NCBI GenBank assembly: GCA_002269645.1
Contig: NIVC01005084.1
Span: 1-26,679 of the forward strand
Source of the DNA: Macrostomum lignano
Lineage: Eukaryota
Length of the DNA: 26,679 bases
Direction: 5' to 3'
Shown: piece after piece, positions 10,396 through 19,913 of the stretch
Layout of the letters: the number at the start of each line of letters is the position of its first letter
How positions within the stretch are numbered: position 1 is the first letter of the stretch
Program-made: the position numbers and the translations under genes
The notes under the pieces: generated by a model
Seen by the model: the letters and a program-made list of their open reading frames with translations, nothing else
Told to the model about the DNA's origin: nothing
Database searches by the model: none

Positions 10396-10654
10396 TACAC
10401 AATTTTAAACGTAAAAGTAAGCGTCATGCCAATTTTAAAGGAGCCACTATAGAGCTAAGGAAATTGTTGCACTAGCTACTTATTGTCTGGTGGATGCTTA
10501 CTATAGCTTTTCCCGGTCAATTTGGTCCTAGAAGCACTCAATTTAATCCGCAATAGAGAATTCCAATTCATTCCGCCGTCACTAGAGATATGTCTATGGC
10601 CAAGTATGCTGTTTCGTTCCACTCAATTTAATCCTGGGGGCACTTATTTCGCGT

Positions 10655-10785
10655 ATTTATTTTAAAAGCTATTACTTTTAAAGAAAAGAGATTGACGCAT
10701 TGATTTGTAAGCATTAAGTTGTTCAGAAACTGGCGCTACTTTCCGAGTCACTCATTCTTGCTTATTAACGGCTTTTAAAATAAAT
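10655..10785. repeat. 15-bp perfect inverted repeat bracketing 131 bp (possible MITE remnant) abutting the LTR
   Basis: ATTTATTTTAAAAGC (10655-10669) is the reverse complement of GCTTTTAAAATAAAT (10771-10785). AT-rich, so chance cannot be excluded. Confidence 0.4.
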
Positions 10786-13001
10786 GATGTAACCGCCCTC
10801 GTCGCCTGTCCGCTCCGTAGAGAGACGAACGCATGGCTAGAGGGGGCAATGACCGTAGGCTGCCTATGACCGGGCAATGACCTGACGGACCTCCAGCACC
10901 AGACTGTCCCGCCCACATGATTAGTAGCTTTGGTAGCGCTTCGTGACCAGAGGGCCAAGGACCCACATGGACCCCACCTGTAGCCAAGGTGCAATAGTTG
11001 GTCACTCGGTCATGGTATGACCGAGTGGCTGCCACCACTCTATGTGACCTGGCGCACCTGGATCTTTCTACCAGACCTCTCGAGGCTAGAGCCCCGCCTG
11101 GATTGGTTACCAGGGGATTTAGGCTAACAGGGGAGACGCATGCAGCCGAGTACAGGGACTCTGCTTGGGGCATGATCGGGAACTCTGGGCTCAATCCTGG
11201 AGGATTTCTCAGCAGGGGATCCTTTGTGGCTGTGAGCGAGGCTGACTTGCGACTTTGATTACTAAGAGTAGTATGAGGCGAACATGTACTGTCTACAGTT
11301 TAGATTGCTCAGGGCGAAGGGACGCGTTAGCATGGGGTTGCAACCTTCCTACTGCCATTCTGTGCCAAGACTCGCTAATCCCTCTACTGCACGCACACGC
11401 GGCCCCGCAGCACGCACTCACAGGCGGGCTTTGCACGGGGAGAGGCCATTAGCTTACCCAAACTTCCTTATGCTTTGCCACCCCGGGAGAAAGGCTTAGC
11501 AAGCCATGAGTGAAATGATGGTGAAAGATTGAATAATGATGAAGTTAGTTAATAGTTAATAATTAGGCCCTTAGGCAAATAAGCAGGCAATTAGGCGGCT
11601 TCACTATTGAGTAAAATACAGCAAAAGATACGGTATCACAATTGGCTCAGCTCTCTAATCAGACAATGGAAAATAGGCAAACCCCGGATAAGCAAAGGCA
11701 ATTAGAGCCCAAATTAGTAGTAGGAACTTACCGGCAGCTGCACAGAGAGAGAGAGAGGCGGAGTGACCGAGGGCGGCTGTAGGCTGCAGTCAGGCAGACG
11801 GTGAAGCGGCGATGCGCTGGAGCGACGAGGCGCTGATGTAGATCAGGCGATGCTGATGATGCTGGGCGGTATCAGACCGCTGGCCGATAGGCGAGCTCAC
11901 TTGGGGAGCTAAGGATAACTTGGCGGTAACAGACCGCGGACCGGCAGGGATTCGTCTTATAGACGAATGGGTCAGAACTCAATCTGACAGCAAGTCCAAA
12001 GAAGGACGAGGAGAGGAACAGAGATAAACTCAGTTGAGTATTCTCATGCCGAAATCGCTTCCTTTTATAGACCTCACAGCCGCCTCCTCAAGGTCGTTAC
12101 CATGGCTCCCTCTCTCTGATTGGCTGCCGGCAGAATGACGTCAGAATGAGTCATGATGAGAAGCATGAGACCGGCATAGCAACATGAGAAATCGGGAAAT
12201 TGCGCAATCCGGAGGTGGGGTGGGGGATAATTGGCGCAGCGGGTGGTCGCGAAAGTGTTGCGCAAGCAAACATTGAGAACAATAGGGCTGGGGTCGAGAA
12301 CAAAGGAATTGGAAATCGGGGATAATTGGGGAAAACTGAGAACAATGGAAAAGTAAACATTGGAGAAAAGGTGATAATTAGGTGCGAAAACGAGAACAAA
12401 AGAAAGAGAAAATCGGAGAAAATGTGATAATTGGTGGGGGTCGAGAGAACAAAAGAAGCAAAAACGAGAACAATAGAAGCGGAGGTGGGGTGGGTGTCAC
12501 ATGAGAAATTTGGGAAGGAGAACAATAGCGTGAGAAAAGGTTGCGCAAGAGAGGGGGATGAGTCATCGATGAGTCACCGAGGGGGAGAAGGGGTCACACG
12601 ACTTGCGTCACCGTTTGGGAGTTTGAGAGGGGATGGGGAGACGGTGAGCACACAAAGTACTGTAAGTAGACACAGGGAAAGAGGGGACAGCGCAGGAAAA
12701 GAGTGCAGAGGGAGACAAAAAAAGGGAGGAGGTAGAGAAAGTACAGGAAGAATAGGGCGGGAACAGAAGAGATAGGGTAGAGGGGGAGGTACAGAAAGGG
12801 GTAGGGGCTCCGGAAAGGCAGGTGTGGCGGCAGGAGAGACGGGACCAAGGCAGCAGGAGGGGTGCAGCAGAGCGGGAGTCTCCAGGCCCGGTCGGAGACC
12901 TGGCCGAGTCTCGACAGCTCTGTGCAGAGGGTGCACGGGATAGGAGGCACTTTCAAAAAAGTTCCCATGCCCTATCCCGCGACCAGAGCGTGGTTACATC
13001 A
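10785..13001 (-). repeat. 3' LTR (2217 bp)
   Basis: Starts TGATGTAACC and ends GGTTACATCA (perfect 10-bp terminal inverted repeat); differs from the 5' LTR by about 5 substitutions and 5 indels (1,7,1,1,1 nt) by eye. Confidence 0.97.
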
Positions 13002-13018
13002 CACCCCCACTGCCTTTT
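13002..13018 (-). other. Polypurine tract (PPT)
   Basis: Minus strand AAAAGGCAGTGGGGGTG immediately precedes the 3' LTR. Confidence 0.7.
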
Positions 13019-13606
13019 GTGACGGAACTGGTTCCGTCATCATCACTGCCCAACATGGAACCACACAGACGGGAGCGGGATCTCAACCGAACGTGAAATC
13101 ACAGAATTAACAAACCGCGAGCGGGAATGGAAAAAGGCGATAAAATAGAGGGGATAGCAATAAATTCACAACACGAGATACATAGGTTGGAGTGCAATAC
13201 AGAATTTCAAAAATTTCAACTGTTGCTGTGGCTAAAGTGGGAGGGGGGAAACACAGACAGCGCAATAGTAGGGAGAAAAATAGCGAATTGTCAACAATAA
13301 ATTATCATAATTGGATAGAAGCGCAGCTGGGAAAGAGAGGAAACGGGGAAGGGTGAGGGAAGTGGGGAAAAAGAAGGGGGGAAGGGTTGCTAGCACACAG
13401 CCAAGGGCAGAGCCTCGGGGAGAATGACGATTACACAGGGGAAAAATACTAATGCAGCGCAGTAAATTAATAAGCTAATTTCGCCGGGAGTTCAACCGCA
13501 CGGAGGCCTAGCGTCCTTGAAGGCTCGGACCCCGCTTCAGCCAGTCAGAGGGCTTCGGGGCGATCGGTTGTAGGCTGGGAGGCGCCGCGCCGTGCGCTGG
13601 CCACTG

Positions 13607-13719
13607 TATAAAAGGCGCCACTGATAACGGGAGCCGGCTGCCTGCAACCTACACGGAGTCGCAGTTTCCAACCAAGGCACTCAGCGCGATTTTCCAAACT
13701 ATACAACTACTCGGTAAGT
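13607..13719 (+). promoter_or_regulatory. Antisense promoter (TATA box), short non-coding exon and 5' splice site inside the LTR element
   Basis: GTATAAAAGG with TATAAAA at 13607-13613 after a GC-rich stretch; TCG|GTAAGT donor at 13714-13719. Confidence 0.55.
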
Positions 13720-14140
13720 CCCATCACCAACCTGATTTCCTTTCGCCTATACGTTAAACGAAATCTACCCACTCGCCATGCCTTTCGTTTTAAACTGAGC
13801 CAATTGCAGTAATAATATATGGCCTTTCTTACGGTAAAAGTAGTGAGCAGCCAACACAGAGCCATTTTTAGGAATTTTTAGGATAATGACACAACAATGA
13901 CTCGTATATTGGTTATTAAAGTTTAAAAATGAATATTATGGAAGAACCGAATATTAATAGGATAATATGAATAGAAGAGGGATTTGGGAGATTAGACTCC
14001 GGAGGATAAATGATGATGCGGCCCAACTCCCTTCGATTTCTTCCTTCAACGCCACGCGCACGCAGTTCTCATCCATGCCTCCGAGACCCTCATAAACTTA
14101 ACAGCCGAAAGAATTCGAAAGAGGAATTAATCATTAATTT

Positions 14141-14510
14141 GACTGCCACCAGTTTGATGTACTATTATAAAAGAGAAAGGGGAACCTACCACCATCTTGG
14201 CGCATTACCAAAGAAAAGAAAAGGAGGATCAGCCACCATTTTGAGAGAGGTTGCTAGGGAAAACTGCCACCAATTGTACATTAACAGGGAAGAGAAAGAG
14301 GGAACCCGTCACCACTTAGAGTGGATTGCCCGGGGAAACTGCCACCATTTGCCCTTCTACCAGAGGAGAGGAAGACGAAAAACTGCCATCACTTAGAGGT
14401 GTATCATTAAAAGAAGGCGGGTAAGAAGGCTACCACTACTTGATCACCTAGAGCTCAAGGGAGGAGAGGGAATGAAGAAAGGAAGAAACCCCCAGGAAGG
14501 CCACTACCAC
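14141..14510. repeat. Degenerate array (~9 units, 35-45 nt spacing) of a CTGCCACCA-core motif resembling the element's own PBS/LTR junction
   Basis: Cores near 14143, 14187, 14230, 14264, 14307, 14339, 14383, 14430, 14503 in a purine-rich background. CTGCCACCAGTTTGATGTA (14143) vs the true junction CTGCCACCATTTTGATGTA (19902-19920). Confidence 0.75.
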
Positions 14511-14600
14511 ACGCCATAAAGTTAAAATCCCCATCTATCTACATCCTAATACCCGGCTAGTTCCCTACTTCTATTTCATCCCTTAAATTCTCATTTTCAG

Positions 14601-15007
14601 GATTCCGGCCGCTAGTAGCCGAGCCCATCCTTGAAGAGGAGTCCGACTACGAAGCGCCCGAAGACAGCCATTCAGAGCCGGACGCCCCCTCTGATTCTGG
14701 GCCGGCTGCGCCATCTGGTGGCATAGGCGCCGCGGCTCCCGGGCCATGCGACCGCCGGGCCGCCAGCGAACCAGCGTCCGGGGCCGGTTGGCATCCGGTA
14801 CCACCGCCGTTGTCAGCCCGAGCGCACGCTCCGCCGCCGGTCGCCGCGGTGACGCCCGTGGCTGCCGCTCCACAGCCCTTGCCAACCCCTGTGGTGGAGA
14901 CCGACGGCTCCTGGCATTTGGTCGTGCTGTCGACGGCCCTAATAGCCGGTCTCACAATGCACTGGCTACTGCTCTTGGAGCTATTTCTGCGGCTTCCCAA
15001 CTGCTGA
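14601..15007 (+). CDS. Antisense exon encoding an acidic/Pro/Ala-rich polypeptide with a C-terminal hydrophobic (putative TM) segment
   Basis: Strong acceptor TTCTCATTTTCAG (AG 14599-14600); frame from 14603 reads FRPLVAEPILEEESDYEAPEDSHSEPD..PLPTPVVETDGSWHLVVLSTALIAGLTMHWLLLLELFLRLPNC*. No ATG identified for this frame; an overlapping 104-aa ORF starts at ATG 14746. Confidence 0.55.
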
Positions 15008-15593
15008 TGCTGGTGGTTCTTAATGCTTACTTACTAATTCTGAACTATCTGTCCCCATAACTTGACTTTAATTACTTACCTGACTTTACATTGACTAAAC
15101 CACTGGCCTACTCTAAACTAATTGCTGCCCCATTTGCCTGATAAACTTAATTACATTGAATGCCCCCCCTATTGCCTCATCGAAACCAATTAAAAGTTTC
15201 CCAAAATCGGACTTTCACAAAGTGTGAACAAACACACGAAATCAGACCTAAAGGTGCTAATTTCCTACGGTCCCAGACTTCCATTGTTCCCAGAAAATCT
15301 TAAACAGCGGGGCAGGACCTCCTGTGGAGCAGACCCATAGAAATTTTACTAGTTTCCAAGTTAATATTTACTGATAGGGAATTAACGCATACTGTACGGG
15401 CCTAATTTTCGAGCTAAAATCTTAGATATTTAAACAACACCAACGAGCACGAGGTCACAACATAAATTCGAGTAATAGAGGGCATACGTAAATACGCGAA
15501 AAGCGGTCTCCAACGGGGCAACACGAGCAAAATTTCGACACGCGAATCGGGGGGGGGAATTAAGCAATCACTGGCTAGCTACCGATCTGTTAC

Positions 15594-16112
15594 TCAGCGG
15601 GGGTCGAATGGGAGACTCACACCTAGCAAGTAAACCTTTTCTGTTCGATAGTCTATGATAGCATGCGTACTGGCTAGAAAAGCACTACCCAGGAGGGAAA
15701 CTGCTGCTGAATTGCCAACGACCAGAAAGAGGATTCTCACCTCTTCTAGCCCAATAACTGCTGTGAGGGTGGCCTGGCCTAGCATCTCTAATTCATTGCC
15801 CGTGTAGGACACGGCCTTCACACATGGGGGCTCCAGGGCCTCCACACTCTGTCCGGTAATTTTAGTAAAGTCTTTGACTGTTAGCAAAGACAGCGCACTG
15901 CCCCCATCTACCAGGAGGCGGGTGGGAACATTCTCAATTGGCAACTCTACAACAATATCTCTCCCGCGTTGTCCTCTAGCTGGTCTTGGCTGATAGAAAT
16001 CGGGTACCTTCTCAAATCTAAACTTCTTGCTGGGCGGACGTGGCAGGTTAAGCTGGGCCCTAGAGAGGGAACGGGGCTGAGTTCGGGCCGGGCCATTCAG
16101 CCCTCCCACGGG
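15594..16112 (-). CDS. pro: Retropepsin-type aspartic protease, in the -1 frame relative to the gag C-terminus; pol ends here
   Basis: IENVPTRLLVDGGSALSLL (active-site position D-G-G), KAVSYTGNELEMLG flap, LLGSAFL motif, IIDYRTEKVYLLG end. One extra C in the C5 run would extend it into a linker remnant (SVELASDCLIPP..SRVEI) that then decays. Confidence 0.85.
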   Translation of the reverse strand, partial: PVGGLNGPARTQPRSLSRAQLNLPRPPSKKFRFEKVPDFYQPRPARGQRGRDIVVELPIENVPTRLLVDGGSALSLLTVKDFTKITGQSVEALEPPCVKAVSYTGNELEMLGQATLTAVIGLEEVRILFLVVGNSAAVSLLGSAFLASTHAIIDYRTEKVYLLGVSLPFDPR

Positions 16113-16118
16113 TTTCCC
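16056..16118 (-). other. Putative programmed -1 ribosomal frameshift signal (G_GGA_AAC plus stem-loop/pseudoknot)
   Basis: Slippery heptamer at 16118-16112, in register with the ..PGSGNPWEG* frame; 8-nt spacer; 7-bp stem GGGCTGA/TCAGCCC; loop GGCCC can pair with downstream GGGCC; the -1 frame is the protease. Confidence 0.75.
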
Positions 16119-16236
16119 GAACCCGGGGGCTCTTCAGGCGTGGAAGGAGGAGGCATCAGAGCTTGCGCGCGCAGCTGGGCGAGCCTCTCCTGCCTCTCCC
16201 TGGTAGCCTCGTCTAACATATCTCTGCCCCACTCCT

Positions 16237-17541
16237 CTAAATCTTGCCTATGGCGATCAGTGGCGCACGAAGCTGCAATTGCTGCTGCTGCACACCCGGC
16301 GCCGGCGGCGTGGGCGCCTCCTGAATTGCAAGCGGCGGGGGCTGGGGTTGGCGCCAGTTCCTACTGCTATTAGAGCCGCCCTGCCCCTGCCTCCAGTTCC
16401 TGTTGGGAGTGGCGGGGCGAGGGGGCCTCATCTGCTGGGGCAGCTGGGCAACAGACTCTGCTGTCGCCTTCATAGTTTCATTGAGCTGCACCAGCTGGTT
16501 GCGCAGATCTTTTTGCGTTTGCTCTAGCGCGCCCAACCTCTCTTGCATCTCTGATAGGCCGTCACCGTCCTCCTCCGTCTCGTCAGCTTCCTGGTTCACC
16601 ATCCTGACCCACTTGCGAGGGGGCCTGGGTGGCTGCTGAGGTTGCAGACGGACTTCGGTGCGGGACTCAGACCTGGGCGGGCCACTACTGTCCCATTTCC
16701 CGGCTAAGTCTGCGGCTTCTAACAGGGCTTGCTGCTGTTCTAACACCTGCTCAATTGTCTGCCAGCGACGGCTCAACAGATCTTGTCTGACCTGGCGGGG
16801 GAGCTTAGCGTGTTCCAAGTAGGTGTACACGATTTCTTGTTCTCTCTGCTCACCCTGAATCTGAGGAAACATGGCCGTTATCTGAGATCTTATCATAGCA
16901 GCAAAAGCACTATGTGATTGGCCGGGTTTCTGGCTCAGATTCTTCAGCTTATTTCTCTTAGCCAGATCAGTGTTGGCCTCGCCCAACTGCTCTCCTAATC
17001 TAGATACGAACTGCTCAAAGGGCAATTGCCCGTCCAATCCTAAGGCTAAGTTCTGAAATTCACCTGGGAGGTGCGAGATGAGCACCTGCTTCCTAGCCTG
17101 ATCTCCTACAGTTCTCTCCGCGTCCAGCTTGTAGATCATTCTCTCTACCCATTGCACAAAACAGTGTTCGCCGGGAGAGAACTTTTCTACGTAGATTTTC
17201 GGCCTCTGGGCGTCTTGGCCCATGTTTAGCTGGTTAAACGCATTGGCTATAGCGGCAACTAAGTCTCCTAGCTGCGGGACTGCCTGAGGAGGATTCTGGG
17301 CTGCGTCCGGGGGAGCAGCGGCGGCTGCTGCGCCACCCTGATTGGGAGCGGGAGCTGCTACTCCTTCATCTGGTTCCTCAACTACTACTGCTTCTGGAGG
17401 CTGAGGGACCTGGTTACCAGCGGCTGCGGCCATTGCGGCTGCGGGGGCGGCAACTGCTGGGGTGTCAGCGGCCGAGGGTGGTTGACCAGGGGCGTCTGCG
17501 CACACAGCTTCTACGACCCTATCTCCACGCGCCCGTGACAT
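16237..17541 (-). CDS. gag: Gypsy-type Gag (capsid), 434 aa as sequenced; true C-terminus probably continues in the -1 frame to 16097
   Basis: ATG 17541 (MSRARGD); Ala/Pro-rich N-terminus; capsid-like PKIYVEKFSPG..FVQWVERM; MHR-like LKNLSQKPGQSHSAFAAMIRSQI; coiled coil; no CCHC knuckle. The adjacent frame DRHRQDLEEWGRDMLDEATRERQERLAQLRAQ..SGNPWEG* looks like the real tail. Confidence 0.9.
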   Translation of the reverse strand: MSRARGDRVVEAVCADAPGQPPSAADTPAVAAPAAAMAAAAGNQVPQPPEAVVVEEPDEGVAAPAPNQGGAAAAAAPPDAAQNPPQAVPQLGDLVAAIANAFNQLNMGQDAQRPKIYVEKFSPGEHCFVQWVERMIYKLDAERTVGDQARKQVLISHLPGEFQNLALGLDGQLPFEQFVSRLGEQLGEANTDLAKRNKLKNLSQKPGQSHSAFAAMIRSQITAMFPQIQGEQREQEIVYTYLEHAKLPRQVRQDLLSRRWQTIEQVLEQQQALLEAADLAGKWDSSGPPRSESRTEVRLQPQQPPRPPRKWVRMVNQEADETEEDGDGLSEMQERLGALEQTQKDLRNQLVQLNETMKATAESVAQLPQQMRPPRPATPNRNWRQGQGGSNSSRNWRQPQPPPLAIQEAPTPPAPGVQQQQLQLRAPLIAIGKI

Positions 17542-17556
17542 GTGAATGCCGGATAG

Positions 17557-17600
17557 CTGGGGGAGTACCCACCACCGGGAAGGAAAAGAAAAGAAAACCG
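17557..17600 (-). promoter_or_regulatory. 3' splice site 15 nt upstream of the gag ATG
   Basis: Minus strand TTTTCTTTTCTTTTCCTTCCCGGTGGTGGGTACTCCCCCAG|CTATCCGGCATTCACATG. Confidence 0.6.
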
Positions 17601-19892
17601 GGGCAACTACAGGTAAAGACCGAAAAGTTGATCCGAAACACACAAACACACTCACACACACACAAACACAGACAAAACCCACATACTTGCGGCGTCGAAG
17701 AAAACAAATTGAAAAACGGGTGGCTCCACATAATTCCATTTAGGCAGTCCTAACGGCTTCACTCGGCAAAGCACACTGACTCAAACTGCGGCTACCACTA
17801 CCAGTTGTCTATGGCACATCCTGACAGGGAAAAATTGGCTATTCAGAGAGACTTGACCTTCATTTTGCGGCCATGCTAGGGAACCCAAATGCCGACCGTA
17901 AACGGACTTACGGCACCTGTACAAATTCTCCCCTAGGGTTGCGCGCCGGACCCCATTTCCTTAAGAAAGCTACTACGAAGAAGCGTTGGCGCCTGGACCC
18001 AAAAACCCAAGTGGCGGGAGCAATCCCCATGGAGGTCCTCCCACTTTACTGCCCTTGCACAGCCGGAAAACCGTCGGAGTCCAGTGGGGCTTCCACCTCA
18101 GGACTACCAATCTTGTACACGCAGCTTCACAAAAGGCGGGAATCCAGCTCCCCTACGTCTAGCAGAATCCACAAAAACCAAGACCTCCCCTTCTGTTCAG
18201 AGCGAAGGCGCGCAGCGGGAGTCCAGACTAAACTGTCCCCGAAGTTTTCAGGTTAGGCGGATTACAAGCCTGAAACTCTCGCCCGCTTTCCTAGGATAAA
18301 CAGACCTAAGTGAGTATCTTCCTGAAATGCTTGCCCCTCCGATACTCCACCTTTGCTGCAGCTCGAAATAGCATACTTGGGACCTTTATCTGATGGCGGA
18401 GAAAGTCCTACAGTTGTCAGCCTCTCCACTTTACTGTACTTGAACGCCCGGTTCTACCAGGAGACAGCGGTACCTCCATCTAGGTTATTCCAAGTTGCCA
18501 GAGACGTCAACCCGTCTTATTGACCTTGCGGGGCACTGGGGTGGCACTCTATGTACCGGGGCTTTACATTAGGGGACTGCATGCAACCCTGCGTCTAAGC
18601 GCTTAGTGGGCTGCAGTGGCCAGAGGGGAAAAGAGTTGCGCAATAGCGCCTTCCTGGGCCAGGCTGACAAGTCGGGCAGGAGCGCCGTTCTACCGGGTCG
18701 GGCTGATTGGCACACCCACCTCCCCTATCAGACTGACAGCAGGGGGGAGGAATTACTAAAGGAGGAGAATGCAGCAGGAAACATTACGAGATCACTGGGG
18801 GCCACCAGACTTCCAGTACACCATTCCAATACTCACTGAACTCCACTATCAATAGGATACTATGGGATCTACTATTTCCAGCCACTGCACCAGCCCAAAT
18901 GCAACCAAAGCAGTTACTACCGGGTCTGCAATACAGTGGGGAGAGTCAGCAGACACGTTGGGATCGAATCCCAGCCATGAAGGCACCAGGGGTTACCGCA
19001 GAATTCAGGTCCGGGCTGATCGCAGGTATTCCATAGGAGGTGACACTTTTTTTAGCCCGAGATTTTTGAGTCACACTGATACCCTACAGAGATACAATCA
19101 CACCGCTATTCCCATTCCTGCGAGACTTTGGTATCCCCCAATGTTTCCAAGGCCATGACTACTGCTTCCCTTACTATGCATATATAGCGAGTTCCCCATA
19201 GCCCTTGATAGCTGTTCATTCTAATGGACAAACAAAACACGCTCCGGTCTCTACGCATTTCTAGGATTAACTGAGCGATCAGGGAGAGCGACTGTTACAC
19301 TCCCCCGAGTAAAAGAAAGAGGTAGGACAAAGGAAAGAAATGCTTCGCTTCCAGCTTCCCTGTGCTTGCGTGATGAGGCTTCCGTACCTGGCTGGCTGTC
19401 CACCTCAACACTCACACAGTTCTGCTGTAGGCTAGGCGAGAGAAAGAAAGGGAGGGGAAATAAAGCATATTACCATGAAATAGAAAGTGAGTCCGGAAAA
19501 TTCACTTTCGCAGTTCTTCACACACTCCGTTACCAGGTAGCTATTCTGATTGTAATCAAATCCGCTCGTCTACCACTTCACACTTTCTAGCGCTGAAACT
19601 GATCGGCTAAATTAATTTTAAATTGAATCAGGGGCTTTTGGCGAATGAATGAATTTGGAAATTTCGAATGAATTGAACGAATTCGCAGCCCGAAAAATTT
19701 GAAAAGTTACATTAATATTTTTGGATTTTGTTGCCTCACGCCATGGGAGAAGAGAATGACGATTGGCGATTTTTACGATTGGTAGATTTAGACATGGCAC
19801 TCTTTGCGCTTCGGCCACCATTCTGAGGGATGCCACAGGTGCGCTTGTCACATCTAAACCACCAGTCCGAAACTCAGCGCTGTTTGCACCAG

Positions 19893-19910
19893 ATCCCACC
19901 GCTGCCACCA
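19893..19910 (-). other. Primer binding site complementary to the tRNA-Leu 3' end
   Basis: Minus strand TGGTGGCAGCGGTGGGAT, 3 nt from the 5' LTR end; complement of the eukaryotic tRNA-Leu 3' end ATCCCACCGCTGCCA-CCA. Confidence 0.92.
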
Positions 19911-19913
19911 TTT

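Noticed and set aside
10700-10784. Left LTR flank as the continuation of the LINE cut at 22120 (FILKAVNK..RKVA)
   Set aside because: Similarity is too weak, ~30 expected codons are missing, and the segment is equally explained by the 15-bp inverted repeat block.
11850-11900. CTGATGA in the LTR as a possible hammerhead ribozyme core (retrozyme-like)
   Set aside because: No GAAA box or helix II/III pairing found at the required spacing.
10752-13110. Many 60-170-aa ORFs in both LTRs
   Set aside because: No recognisable motifs; overlapping on both strands; changed by single-base indels between the two LTRs; explained by purine/pyrimidine skew.
13810-13845. Mini-exon with ATG (ATGGCCTTTCTTACG|GTAAAA) as start of the antisense protein
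   Set aside because: All nearby donors are phase 0 and would give MAFLTDSGR* when joined to 14601, not the long frame.
18955-18980. TGGGA-TCGAA-TCCCA T-arm-like hairpin in the leader
   Set aside because: No other tRNA arms around it.
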